The position numbers and the translations under genes are program-made. A stretch of 64,000 nucleotides of DNA from a bacterium (GTDB lineage Bacteria > Hinthialibacterota > Hinthialibacteria > Hinthialibacterales > Hinthialibacteraceae), in the NCBI GenBank assembly GCA_963663405.2, contig CAXXSM010000025.1, positions 1-64,000 on the forward strand, read 5' to 3'. The notes under the pieces are model-generated. The model was not told the origin of the DNA and searched no databases. It worked only from the letters and a program-made list of their open reading frames with translations. Shown here in pieces: positions 9,837-20,301 of this stretch (the stretch's first letter is position 1; every line of letters begins with the position of its first letter).

Positions 9837-12004
9837 AATATATATCCTATCTAATCGCAGGCGGTATCCTATTTCTAATGGCGCTCGCTTTGCCTTTATC
9901 TACATCAGCTTGGGAAGGTTTTGATTGGGAGACTTGGAAGGAAATCACCAAAACCCAAAAACCGGCTATTCAAACGCCCCAATCCGGCTTGGCGGAGCTT
10001 CTGCCATTGATGAAAACAGAGGGAATCGATTCCGCTCCGATTGATTCCATTCAAACTTGGGAAGCGAAACGGGACCGGATTTTAGATACCCTTCGAACAC
10101 TATTAGGAGAACCATCAAATCTAGAAATCCCAGCGCCGGAAGCGAAAATTCTTGATATCATGGATGAGGGAACCTATATCCGCAAACGGCTTCGTATCCG
10201 TTCCGAATCGGATGACTGGATTCCCGCGTATCTGTTGCTTCCCAAGGATTTACCACCGGTTCCATCACCCGCGATGATCACGCTTCACCAAACAGTGGCG
10301 CAGGGGAAAGATGAAACCTGCGGAATTTCCGGCGATCCAGAACTCGCCTTTGCGCGCGAATTGGCGGAACGAGGCTATATCTGCATCACGCCGGACGTGA
10401 TCGGTTTCGGCGAACGCACTCCGGAAGGAGCGCCGCCCTACCACGGCGCGCATGATTTTTTCCGCAAGCATCCCAACTGGTCGTTTTTCGGGAAGATGGT
10501 GTGGGACGCGCAACGGATTGTCGATTATCTCGAAACGCTGCCGGAAGTGGATTCACGCCGGATCGGCTGCATCGGTCATTCACATGGCGCGTATGGAACC
10601 ATCATGTGTTCGATTTTTGAACCTCGCATTTCGGCGATGATCGCCAGCTGCGGATTCACTACGTTGCGCAAAGATCCATCACCGAACCGTTGGAGCCATC
10701 TAACGGCGCTCATGCCCCGGCTTGGTTTCTTTGTGAATGATATCAAAGAGGCCCCAATTGATTGGCATGAGATCGCCGCCTGCGCCGCGCCGCGTCCTTA
10801 TTTCAATTGGGCCACAAAAAATGACCGCATCTTTCCAGAGACGGATAACCTGGCTAGTGTCTTTCAGGAAATCAAAACGATCTATGCCCTATACGGAATG
10901 TCAGATCGGCTAAGCGCTCATCTCGCGCTCGGCGCGCATTCTTTCCCCGCTTCCGCAAGGAATCAGGCCTATCAATGGCTGGATCAGCAAATCCCACCAC
11001 GGCCTGATTTAAACCGATATAAAACGATGCCACCATCATCCAAGAAAGCGTGGGAGACGTATCGCGAAGAGATTAAGAATTTATTACTCTATGACATCGG
11101 CCCGGTGGATCCACCTGATTTGAAAATTGAGTATGAAGTCATCGCAAGCGTAGAAAAAGAGAATTATATCGAAAAGAAGATCAGCTATCTTATTTCGCCG
11201 GAGGAATCGATTACAGCATATCTTCTTCTCCCGGATAAGTCACTGACAGGACGCCCGCGGTCCATTCCTGGAATAGTCGTTTTTCACCAAACAACGGAAA
11301 ATGGGAAAGAGGAGCCCGTAGGTCACGCGGGGCGATCTAGTATGCATTTCGGGAAGGAATTGACGCAGCGTGGATACATCGTTCTGGCGCCGGATTCGAT
11401 CTGCGCGGGGGAACGAATTACCGCGTCCGGCGCATATGACACCCGTGATTTTTACAAACGGTTTCCAACGCTATCCGCGCTGGGAAAAATGATCCAAGAC
11501 GGCCGCCGGGCGGTTTCGATCCTGCAAGCGGTTCCTGAAGTGGATCCAAGCCGGATCGGAACAATCGGTCATTCGTTGGGGGCGGAAGAATCGTTATTCG
11601 TGGCCGCGTTTGATGCGCGTGTCAAAGCCGCCGCCGCCAGTTGTGGATGGGCGCCGTTTCAAGCGGAGAAGAATCCCGGACGCTGGGCGCGGGATCATTG
11701 GTTCTCTTATATTCCGCGCCTGCGGATTGATCTTCGGGCGGGAAGATCGCCCGCGTGGGATTTTGATGACGTAATTCGACGAATCGCGCCAAGAGGCTAT
11801 TTCAACTACCAAACCCGTGAAGACAAAATTTTCCCTGAAGGCGCCGCCGCGCATCCCATGACAGAGTCGGCGCGCCCGGTTTGGACGCTCTACGATGCAG
11901 GCGCCAATCTGCGCAGCGTTTTGGAATCGGGCGGTCACGATATTCCCCCCTCTGCGCGGGAGGATGTGTATGGTTGGTTTGAAAGTATACTAAAATCAAG
12001 ATGA
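9833..12004 (+). CDS. Secreted tandem alpha/beta hydrolase (two dienelactone-hydrolase-like domains)
   Basis: Two nucleophile elbows (IGHSHGA, IGHSLGA), each preceded by PEVD.SRIG; signal peptide. Confidence 0.85.
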   Translation: MKYISYLIAGGILFLMALALPLSTSAWEGFDWETWKEITKTQKPAIQTPQSGLAELLPLMKTEGIDSAPIDSIQTWEAKRDRILDTLRTLLGEPSNLEIPAPEAKILDIMDEGTYIRKRLRIRSESDDWIPAYLLLPKDLPPVPSPAMITLHQTVAQGKDETCGISGDPELAFARELAERGYICITPDVIGFGERTPEGAPPYHGAHDFFRKHPNWSFFGKMVWDAQRIVDYLETLPEVDSRRIGCIGHSHGAYGTIMCSIFEPRISAMIASCGFTTLRKDPSPNRWSHLTALMPRLGFFVNDIKEAPIDWHEIAACAAPRPYFNWATKNDRIFPETDNLASVFQEIKTIYALYGMSDRLSAHLALGAHSFPASARNQAYQWLDQQIPPRPDLNRYKTMPPSSKKAWETYREEIKNLLLYDIGPVDPPDLKIEYEVIASVEKENYIEKKISYLISPEESITAYLLLPDKSLTGRPRSIPGIVVFHQTTENGKEEPVGHAGRSSMHFGKELTQRGYIVLAPDSICAGERITASGAYDTRDFYKRFPTLSALGKMIQDGRRAVSILQAVPEVDPSRIGTIGHSLGAEESLFVAAFDARVKAAAASCGWAPFQAEKNPGRWARDHWFSYIPRLRIDLRAGRSPAWDFDDVIRRIAPRGYFNYQTREDKIFPEGAAAHPMTESARPVWTLYDAGANLRSVLESGGHDIPPSAREDVYGWFESILKSR

Positions 12005-12744
12005 TAACAGACTGTCACGTGCATATTGGAAAAGCGGCGTGGTGTCACATTGACGCGGATATGGATTTATTGATCCGGACCGCCGATGAAGTGGGTGTTG
12101 ACCGCATGATGGTGACTGATTTCACCGCTCTCACCTATGATTATGAAGAGGGCAATGAATCACTGCGGCGCCAGATCGCGCCGCATCCCGATCGAGTCCT
12201 CGGTTATTTCACGATTACGACTGGCCGGTTTGGGGACCACATGGTGGAACTCCTGGACCGGTATGTGACGGAGTATGGATTCCGTGGATTGAAAATTTAT
12301 TCCGTGCCGCCGTTGCAGATCATCGACGATCCCTACATGATCCCTCTTCTCGCGAAAGCCGCGGAATTGAGAATTCCAATCTTAGCGCATTCCACCGCGG
12401 AAGAATGCGAGTCACTCGCGCGTCAGGTTCCCGATGCGATGATCATTAACGCGCATATGGGCTGCTGTCCGCAGGCGAACGGTGACTGGCGCCGGTCCAT
12501 CGCCGCCGCGAAGCGGTTTCCAAACATTTATCTCGATACCGCCAGTTCGTGTTTTGACAATGGGATGATCGAGTTCGCGATCGAAGAAGCCGGCGTGGAA
12601 AAGATTCTCTATGGCTCCGACACGCCTTTGCTCGATCCAGCGCTGCAAATCGCTAAAATCACCGAATCGGATATTTCCCGCGAGGAAAAAGAACTGATTC
12701 TGCATGGCAATATTGACCGGCTTTTGAAATGGCGGGAAACGTGA
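12001..12744 (+). CDS. Amidohydrolase_2 family metallohydrolase
   Basis: DCHVH, INAHMG, ILYGSDTP. Confidence 0.85.
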   Translation: MITDCHVHIGKAAWCHIDADMDLLIRTADEVGVDRMMVTDFTALTYDYEEGNESLRRQIAPHPDRVLGYFTITTGRFGDHMVELLDRYVTEYGFRGLKIYSVPPLQIIDDPYMIPLLAKAAELRIPILAHSTAEECESLARQVPDAMIINAHMGCCPQANGDWRRSIAAAKRFPNIYLDTASSCFDNGMIEFAIEEAGVEKILYGSDTPLLDPALQIAKITESDISREEKELILHGNIDRLLKWRET

Positions 12745-13499
12745 TGATTATTGATCTCAATGGTTATTATGGAAAATGGCCGTATTGGCCCCTGCGTCAA
12801 TCCAGCGTTGAAGCGATGCTGGAGAAAATGGACCGTTATGGGATCAGCCGGGTGTTTCTCTGTTCGTTGCGAAGTATTTTCACCGATCCACAAACCGGAA
12901 ACACGGAAATCAAAGAGATTGTCAAACGATATCCACACCGCTTCTCCCCGGCGTTTACATACTCCCCTTTTACGCCGGGCAGGAAACGTTACGTGGAGGA
13001 CTGTGAAGAAGCAGGCGCTTGCCTCATTAAATTCTTCCCCCGTCAGCATACCTACGTTTCGTTTGAAGAACCGTTCATTGAAGAGATCTTAGGATTTTGT
13101 GGAGAGAAGAAGATTCCCGCGTTGATCCCCTATCGAATCATGATGAATTGGGGCCTTCCAATGTGTAATATCCAAAATATAGGCCGGTTTGCGAAAAGTT
13201 TTCCTGAGACTCCATTCATCGTCGGTTCAGTGAACTATCTGCTCGAATTGCAATCCACATTAGATGTGATGCGGCGGCGGAAAAACGTCTTTGTGGAAAC
13301 ATCAGGTATGATGGCGTTCCGCGAGATCGAATACATGGTTCGCAAAGTGGGCGCGGAGCGGATTTTGCATGGCAGCGCGATACCTCTACAGAATCCAGCC
13401 ATCGGCCCTTTGAAGATCCACAATGCAAAGATATCCGACGCGGACAAAGAGCGCATCTTATTCCGCAACGCGCAGGAACTCTTCAATCTCTCATCATGA
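12741..13499 (+). CDS. Amidohydrolase_2-like protein lacking canonical metal ligands
   Basis: DLNGYYG replaces DxHxH; ILHGSAIP replaces GSD.P; overall TIM-barrel pattern retained. Confidence 0.75.
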   Translation: MMIIDLNGYYGKWPYWPLRQSSVEAMLEKMDRYGISRVFLCSLRSIFTDPQTGNTEIKEIVKRYPHRFSPAFTYSPFTPGRKRYVEDCEEAGACLIKFFPRQHTYVSFEEPFIEEILGFCGEKKIPALIPYRIMMNWGLPMCNIQNIGRFAKSFPETPFIVGSVNYLLELQSTLDVMRRRKNVFVETSGMMAFREIEYMVRKVGAERILHGSAIPLQNPAIGPLKIHNAKISDADKERILFRNAQELFNLSS

Positions 13500-14266
13500 A
13501 TGGCTCTCTTGAAGGACAGCGTATCGTCATTACACGCGATTCCAGCGCGATCGAATCCACTGCGGAAACGATTCGCCGCCGGGGGGGAATTCCCATCGCC
13601 TGTCCAATGATTCTCATTCATCCGCCTAAGGATACGCAGGCGTTAGACGAAGCGATCCGAAGATTATCCCAATTCGATTGGATCTTTTTCACCAGCGCCA
13701 ACAGTGTGAGATATTTGTGGAAACGGCTGATCGAGCTGGATTGCGCGCCTATAATTCCAGAACTAGTTCAATGCGCTGTCATTGGTCCAGCGACGCGGTG
13801 TGAATTGGAGGCGCATGGCATACAACCCGCGTTTGCGGCGGAACGATTTACCGGCGCGTCTTTCTTTGAAGAGTTCGCGAGACGTTTCGCTATAAACGAT
13901 CGGAAAATCTTTCTTCCGCTATCAAATATCGCTCATCGCACTCTTCCCGATCTTTTAAATAAACACGGAGCCAATGTTACCGAGGCGGTCACCTATTGCA
14001 ATGATCCGGCGCGGCAAATCCCGGATGATGTATTGCGGCAAATAAAGGAAAAGGAAATCGATTGGGTACTCTTTACCAGTTCATCAACCGCCTGCAATTT
14101 CTGTAATCTATTTGCAAAAACACCCCAGTTGAAAACTCACTTCCGGGCTGCGTCGATCGGCCCTTCAACCAGCGCAACATTGCGGGAACATGGAATTGAA
14201 CCTGCGGTTGAAGCGGAAACGCATACGATTGATGGACTGCTGGACGCGATCGCCGCTCATTCATGA
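13496..14266 (+). CDS. hemD: Uroporphyrinogen-III synthase
   Basis: IVITR, DWIFFTSANSV, AVIGPAT, FTSSST, SIGPSTSATL. Confidence 0.9.
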   Translation: MNGSLEGQRIVITRDSSAIESTAETIRRRGGIPIACPMILIHPPKDTQALDEAIRRLSQFDWIFFTSANSVRYLWKRLIELDCAPIIPELVQCAVIGPATRCELEAHGIQPAFAAERFTGASFFEEFARRFAINDRKIFLPLSNIAHRTLPDLLNKHGANVTEAVTYCNDPARQIPDDVLRQIKEKEIDWVLFTSSSTACNFCNLFAKTPQLKTHFRAASIGPSTSATLREHGIEPAVEAETHTIDGLLDAIAAHS

Positions 14267-16216
14267 ATTTTCCAATCGGACACACTCACAGGCGGGGGGC
14301 CTAAGAGTTGTTCCGCGTATCGCAGAACGATAGGCGTGCGTTGGGGGATGAAATCTTTCGCCAATTGCGCCGCTCGATCCCAATCTTCGAGAGACTTGTC
14401 ATTCGCCCAGCGTTCCGCTTCGGCTGGTATTGCTGGGCGAACTTGGTCGAGCTGTTCCTGCAGCCGCATGAGAACATGATCATCGCTTAACGTATGTTGC
14501 AGATTCCATTGGAGCCGCCGCCAAAAATAATCCTTGTACGTTTGTGTTTCGATCAATTTACGAAACAGGAGTCCAATAGTGTCATTGACAGCGTTGTCAA
14601 ATGTATTTTGATCGACACGATACCCCTGAATGCCCGAACCGAAACTGTATTCCACATCCCAGAGAAAATACTTCCATTTTCCCAATTCGTGCCGTTCGCA
14701 GGCGACGTACCAATTATGATGGGGCCAATCATAATTCTGCAGCCAGACGTTGAGGATGATGTAGTCTGTATAATTTTCCAGATCGACAAGCGTTTGCAGT
14801 TCCTCGTAATCCGCTGGATTATGCAAATTCATTCGTTGCAGCTGGACCGTTAGTTCCGTCCATGCCTGGATACTGCCGTTTTTCACTTCTCCATCTGAGA
14901 TCACATCCCAGGAATCGAATCCGAAATGCTCCTGGAGAAATTCTTCTTCCACACGGTCTGTTGGATTGTACAAGCCCCAGTATTCTCCATTCAGATAGAG
15001 TTCAGTGAAGAGACCGTAACAGGCCAAGTTACCCATATCCAAATGGAGATTGCGGGCGGTTTGATCGCTGACATAAATCGCTGTGTCCCGCTGCATTTCC
15101 CGGTCGTAGGTCCATGTGTCGTTGAATCCGCCACGTATAACGATCTGGTTGTACTGTTTGGCCGGGCTGGTTGGAAAGAGCGGGTACTCTAATTTTTTCG
15201 CGCCGTACTCAGAGCGAAAATAGAGCCGGAACGATTTCCGGGGGGAACGGCTGCGGGACGCGCCGCCGTGCATGCGCAGGCCGGTGTTTTCCACAAATCC
15301 CCGCTCGCCGTCCATCCTAAAAAACTCAACACTAACGGGCCGCTCCCATTCGATCCCGCGCTGTTCGGGATTCGCGTAAATCCCCGTCCGGCGATCCCAC
15401 AGATTGTCCGGATCGGTTACGAGGGAAAGAATGGGAAGGGCCATCCCTTCCCGAATAATGTATGTATTCGTAACGATATCGCTGGGGAAATAACCATCCT
15501 GGAACACCCGCGCCCCGCACAGGCGCGCTGTCTTCTATGGGAATGGGAGTTTGATAGCGTTCACTGTTTTGATCTGGTGGAGAACCATCAAGCGTGTAAT
15601 AGATTTCCGCGCTGGGCGCAGATGTATTCAACGCGAGTGTAAAACTATCTCGATAGATTCCCGCTGGGGTGGAGAAAACAGGAGGCGGCGTAAATCCAGC
15701 TGTTCCTTCTGTTGTGTTTGCGCGTCCTGGCGTGGACTCGAGAAAGTAGACCCATGAAGCGGAGCCATCCGGTTTGCGGCCGTAAGAAATATCCCGTATC
15801 TGTTCTAAAAATATAAGTTGATCCACAAGCGAGCCATCCGGCGCATGGAGGACGATCGTTTCTCCTTCCCGGCGCAGCCGGAAATTCGCGTGATAGTTAT
15901 CCGGATCGAGCAGATCATAGCCTGTCGCCCAAATGAGGAGAAATCCCTCCGCTGGAAGAACGATCCCTGGCAGACGCCATTTACTTGGAGCCAGCGGATC
16001 ATCCGTTAAAGTATATCCGTCAAGGAGTGTTGGTTCAGCGCCTGTGTTATATAGTTCAATCCACTCCAATGAAACGCCGGATTCGTCCTCTTGCGACGAT
16101 GCGGCGAGAATCTCATTGATAACGATAGCCGCCCGTCCGGATGATGAAATCAAAAACGATAGGCTTAATAAAAAGAAACTCCATAACCTCCAACGCCAAA
16201 CGCTTTCCCTGCGCAC
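14257..16216 (-). CDS. Secreted CotH-kinase protein with lamin-tail and Fn3-associated domains (frameshift ~15515)
   Basis: IVINEILA..WIELYN (LTD), IYYTLDGSPP, RMHGGASR..KSFRLYF, NGEYWGLY, DWPHHN, WDVEYSFG. Confidence 0.85.
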
Positions 16217-16398
16217 ACAAACCTCCTGACGATCGTGATAGAAAGACGAAACGGTAACTCTAACTTATATCACCGATTGGAATAATGATAAAGGCGCTAT
16301 GTTTAGCCAAGAGTAGGATTATTGCACCATGATCCGTGCTTTAATTGATAGTCAAAATGTGGGGGCGCGCACTTAGTGACGCCTTGATTGAAGAATTG

Positions 16399-16427
16399 TA
16401 AAAGGGCAGACGCAATGTCTGCCCCTT
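16399..16427 (-). terminator. Intrinsic terminator after leuA
   Basis: Minus strand GGGCAGAC-ATTGC-GTCTGCCC followed by TTTT. Confidence 0.6.
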
Positions 16428-16482
16428 CATCAATAATATGATTAATGAACGCTTACTGTAAGACGATTTTATTTACGCTCGA

Positions 16483-18024
16483 TCAAACTCCACGCGCTTT
16501 TTCGGACGCTTCTTTGGATATAAAACCATTCACCGCATTGATAAAAGCGATGACACTGGCTTTGAGCACGTCCGTATGAGCGCCCCGGCCGACCGCGCGG
16601 CGTCCATCTTTTTCGAGAATCACATTCGCGGAACCTTGCGCGTCCGTCCCGACTGTCACCGCGTTGACGTGATAATCTACCAGCGTCGCCTCTTCCATGC
16701 CGGTCAGTTTTTTGATGATCGAGAAAGCCGCGTCCAAAGCGCCGTCCCCGGTTCCACTCTCTTCAAGTGTATCGCCATTGGAATGAATACGGACTTTCGC
16801 GGTGGGGCGGTTGTCTTCATCGTACGAAATTTTCAGTTCCCCGAATTTGTACTTTCCATAATCCTCCGCGCGGGCCTGTTCGTCAACGATAACGATAATG
16901 TCTTCATCGAAGACCGTCTTTTTAAGATCCGCCAAGTCTTTAAACGCGGCGAACGCTTTTTCCAATTCCTCGCCTTCCATCTGAAAACCCAGTTCCTGGA
17001 GGCGGGTGACAAACGCATGCCGGCCGGAATGTTTACCCAAAACCATCGAATCTCCGGCCCAGCCGACAGATTTCGGAGACATGATTTCATACGTCGTCCG
17101 CTCTTTCAAAACACCGTCTTGATGGATACCCGCTTCGTGCGCGAACGCGTTCGCGCCGACAATGGCTTTGTTCGGCTGTACGCTGATACCGGTAAACCGC
17201 GTCAACATGCGGCTGGTGGGGTAGATCTGCTCCGTACGAATATCCGTATGATAGGGGAAGAAATCCTTGCGCACGGCGACATTCATAACGAATTCTTCCA
17301 GTGACGCGTTCCCCGCGCGTTCGCCAATCCCATTGATGGTGCACTCGACTTGACGAGCGCCGTTCCGGACCGCCGCGAGGGAGTTGGGAACCGCCAAACC
17401 GAGATCGTTATGACAGTGGACACTAACGATGGTGTCTTGAATGTTCGGCACTTTCTCGAAGATGCAAGCGATCAGGTCTCCATATTCCCACGGATTGGAA
17501 TACCCTACCGTATCGGGGATATTGACGGTTGACGCGCCTGCGTCAATGGCGGCTTCGACCACTTCGCAGATATATTCTTTTTCGGTCCGGGCGGCGTCTT
17601 CGGTGGAGAATTCCACGTTCGCTGTGTATTGACGCGCGCGTTTTACCGCTTTGACCGCTATATCCCGCACTTCTTTCCGGGTTTTCTTCAGTTTCTTTTC
17701 GACGTGGACCGGACTGGTGGCGATGAAAGTATGGATGCGGGCCCGGTCACCGGCATGTTTCACCGCTTCCCAACAACGGTCGATATCCCGTTCCATCGCG
17801 CGGGCCAGGCCACAGATTTGGGGGCCTTTGATTTCTTTGGCGACCGCTTCGACGGCTTCAAAATCCCCGATGGATGAAATTGGAAAACCGGCTTCGATGA
17901 CATTGACTCCCAAGCGTTCCAGTTGATGGGCGAACTCGAGTTTTTCTTTCAAGTTCATACTGAAACCAGGGGATTGTTCGCCGTCTCGCAAGGTGGTATC
18001 GAAAATGATGATTTTATCGCTCAT
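16483..18024 (-). CDS. leuA: 2-isopropylmalate synthase
   Basis: IFDTTLRDGEQSPG, HCHNDLG, GIGERAGN, HEAGIHQDG, C-terminal regulatory domain; likely start MSDK at 18024. Confidence 0.97.
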   Translation of the reverse strand: MSDKIIIFDTTLRDGEQSPGFSMNLKEKLEFAHQLERLGVNVIEAGFPISSIGDFEAVEAVAKEIKGPQICGLARAMERDIDRCWEAVKHAGDRARIHTFIATSPVHVEKKLKKTRKEVRDIAVKAVKRARQYTANVEFSTEDAARTEKEYICEVVEAAIDAGASTVNIPDTVGYSNPWEYGDLIACIFEKVPNIQDTIVSVHCHNDLGLAVPNSLAAVRNGARQVECTINGIGERAGNASLEEFVMNVAVRKDFFPYHTDIRTEQIYPTSRMLTRFTGISVQPNKAIVGANAFAHEAGIHQDGVLKERTTYEIMSPKSVGWAGDSMVLGKHSGRHAFVTRLQELGFQMEGEELEKAFAAFKDLADLKKTVFDEDIIVIVDEQARAEDYGKYKFGELKISYDEDNRPTAKVRIHSNGDTLEESGTGDGALDAAFSIIKKLTGMEEATLVDYHVNAVTVGTDAQGSANVILEKDGRRAVGRGAHTDVLKASVIAFINAVNGFISKEASEKARGV

Positions 18025-18276
18025 AATGATCCTCTTTTCGTTTTGTTGACGCGGCGGTGATTTGCGCCGTCCGCGTGTTGTTCTCTCTCCAACGCATGTT
18101 CGATTGTAACTCCGTAAGGTCGCTAAGGTCGCTTTCTTCATTCATTTCTAACACAAATCACCACCTCCTTTACGAAAAGAAAATTATTTGAAATGAGTTA
18201 CAGAGACTTTCTCCTTTGTATATCATTTCGCAACTCATTTTCATTAACTCGGCGCAATCTAAAAACAGGGGGATCA

Positions 18277-18548
18277 ATAAAAAAACCCCGTCCCTATTCA
18301 GGGACGAGGTTTGTTGTTTGCCTCGTGGTACCACCCTGTTTCAGCGGTTAAGAAACCGCCCTTCATTGACGCGGGATCACGGCCGCGACCCGTCCTTAAC
18401 TAGTAACCAAGATAACATATTAACACTATCCGGCGTTCGCGAAGGCGACTCCGAGGCGAGTTCAGCGTCTTGGGGAACCGGTTCACACCACCCACCGGCT
18501 CTCTCAATCCCCGCTGTCCGCTTACTACTCCTCTTCACAGTCTTTTTT
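18277..18548 (-). ncRNA. T-box riboswitch (Leu, CUC specifier) with terminator, upstream of leuA
   Basis: Minus strand: Stem I with AGTA, GAGAGAG and GGTGTGAA motifs, specifier GAA-CTC-G; T-box AACAGGGTGGTACCACG; antiterminator partner CGTCCCTG; terminator CCTCGTCCCT-GAAT-AGGGACGGGG-TTTTTTT. Confidence 0.92.
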
Positions 18549-18569
18549 AACATATCTATGAAGCAAAAG

Positions 18570-18597
18570 AGTATAGTTGATTCAGCGCAAGAGTCAA
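18570..18597 (-). promoter_or_regulatory. sigma70-like promoter for T-box/leuA transcript
   Basis: TTGACT-16 nt-TATACT just upstream of Stem I. Confidence 0.55.
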
Positions 18598-18691
18598 TAC
18601 TCTTTTTGATTATTTTTCTGTAAGGAGAATGTTAAGAGGTTAAATGTGATGAAAAACGCTGTATTCTGAAGCAACCCAAGAAGAAAAGTTA

Positions 18692-18764
<73 letters not shown>

Positions 18765-18999
18765 ACTGAGACACATATTTTGATTTCGTGAGCGAATTCT
18801 GTCAAGTCTCCGGATACACTTCGAAGAAATTCAGCGATTATTTTCTTGATTCCATTTTATTAATTTTAACAGAATCATCTTTAGAAAAGGCTTCCCCGTT
18901 ATGAATTCCAAACGATAATAAATGATTACGAGATTATCAATTAAATAATACGAATCTCGTTTTAACGACCGCTTGTTGTGAATGGAGTGGAATTAATCA

Positions 19000-19485
19000 A
19001 TGACCACAGCCGAATGGCTTCTCTATACAATCCTTGGCGGACTGGGCGTATTGTACGCTGTCTATTCTCATCAGTTCAAATTCTGCTTGGCGGATTATCT
19101 CCCGGAATTTTTGGGAAAACGGAAAGTACTGTTTATTATTGGTTTCGCGATCGTGCTGGTTGGATTGGCCCTAGAAAGAATCATTGGCGCGTATCATGGA
19201 ATCATTACGCTGATCGGAGGATGGGTAATGTTACTCGGCGCCGCGCGCTGGTTTAACCAGCGGATTGTGCGAACGTGTTTCTCTCCGGATGAACTGCGGA
19301 TTATCCGGACTACAATCCACGCTGGGGCCGCGCTGATTCTACTCAGTACGGGTTTCTTCTATCTTCCTTCCACATTCTCTCCCGCGACGTTTCTCATGGG
19401 CGCCGCCATTACGGTTTTAGCCGGGCGGTTATGGTGGAATCTCGACATAGAGCGGGATATGATCAGCAAATTTGACCGCTTGTAG
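19000..19485 (+). CDS. Hypothetical multi-pass membrane protein
   Basis: 161 aa, about five hydrophobic segments. Confidence 0.7.
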   Translation: MTTAEWLLYTILGGLGVLYAVYSHQFKFCLADYLPEFLGKRKVLFIIGFAIVLVGLALERIIGAYHGIITLIGGWVMLLGAARWFNQRIVRTCFSPDELRIIRTTIHAGAALILLSTGFFYLPSTFSPATFLMGAAITVLAGRLWWNLDIERDMISKFDRL

Positions 19486-20179
19486 AAGTTCTCACGTTCT
19501 GCTCATACTCCCGGATGCGAGCGATCAACGCCAAGACTTTATCCGGATCCTTTTTTCCTTTGCATAACTCCACGCCGGAGGCGACATCTAATCCATACGG
19601 TTGAACGGTGATGAAGGCCTGGACCGCATTATCTGGATTCAATCCACCGGCGAGAAGAATGGGCAATAGCGCTTGGTTTCGCACTTCACACGCGAGATCC
19701 CAATCAACCGTTTTCCCCGTTCCCCCCAACATCCGCTTCCCTTGAACAATCGCGCTGGCGTCGAAGATGATTCGATCGGCGCCGGCGTTTTTGTATTCCA
19801 TGATATGTTGGATCAAAGATTCGGCGCTAACCATACCGGCGCTCTCTCCCACCGGTATGTGAAGCGCTTTCCAGACTTCGCATGTGATTTGTTGTTTGAT
19901 CTCTTCCACAGCGCGTGGCGATTCATGGCCATGCAGCTGCAATGCGGCTGCGGGAAGCGCTTCGGCGATACGAAGGTTATCAGCGACAGATTTATCAAGA
20001 GTAACGGCGGCGATGGGTAAGGGCGGATTCACGCAAATATCGAGCGCGTGATCCAATGTGTTTGAACGCGGCGATTGTTCGATCTCAACCAAGACGCCGC
20101 CATAGTCAGCGCCCGTTTTTGCGATGAATTCCATATCTTCGCGATTGGTTAAACCACAGATTTTTATTTTACAAGCCAT
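19463..20179 (-). CDS. trpF: Phosphoribosylanthranilate isomerase
   Basis: KIKICGLT, QLHGHE, GGTGKTVDW, LAGGLNPDN, DVASGVE. Confidence 0.95.
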   Translation of the reverse strand: MACKIKICGLTNREDMEFIAKTGADYGGVLVEIEQSPRSNTLDHALDICVNPPLPIAAVTLDKSVADNLRIAEALPAAALQLHGHESPRAVEEIKQQITCEVWKALHIPVGESAGMVSAESLIQHIMEYKNAGADRIIFDASAIVQGKRMLGGTGKTVDWDLACEVRNQALLPILLAGGLNPDNAVQAFITVQPYGLDVASGVELCKGKKDPDKVLALIARIREYEQNVRTSTSGQIC

Positions 20180-20301
20180 TGCGAATCATCCTTTCTATTA
20201 TGAGAGGGGACAGGGAAAACAGCGAAAACCATCATCCAGCCGCCTCCCGGCCTTCGCGTATCGCGCCGCTTCGGACTACAATCAAAGTGAAGGAATTGGA
20301 C

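Noticed and set aside
18025-18141. 39-aa N-terminal extension of LeuA in the ORF track
   Set aside because: LeuA homology begins at MSDKIIIFD, which has its own GAGG RBS.
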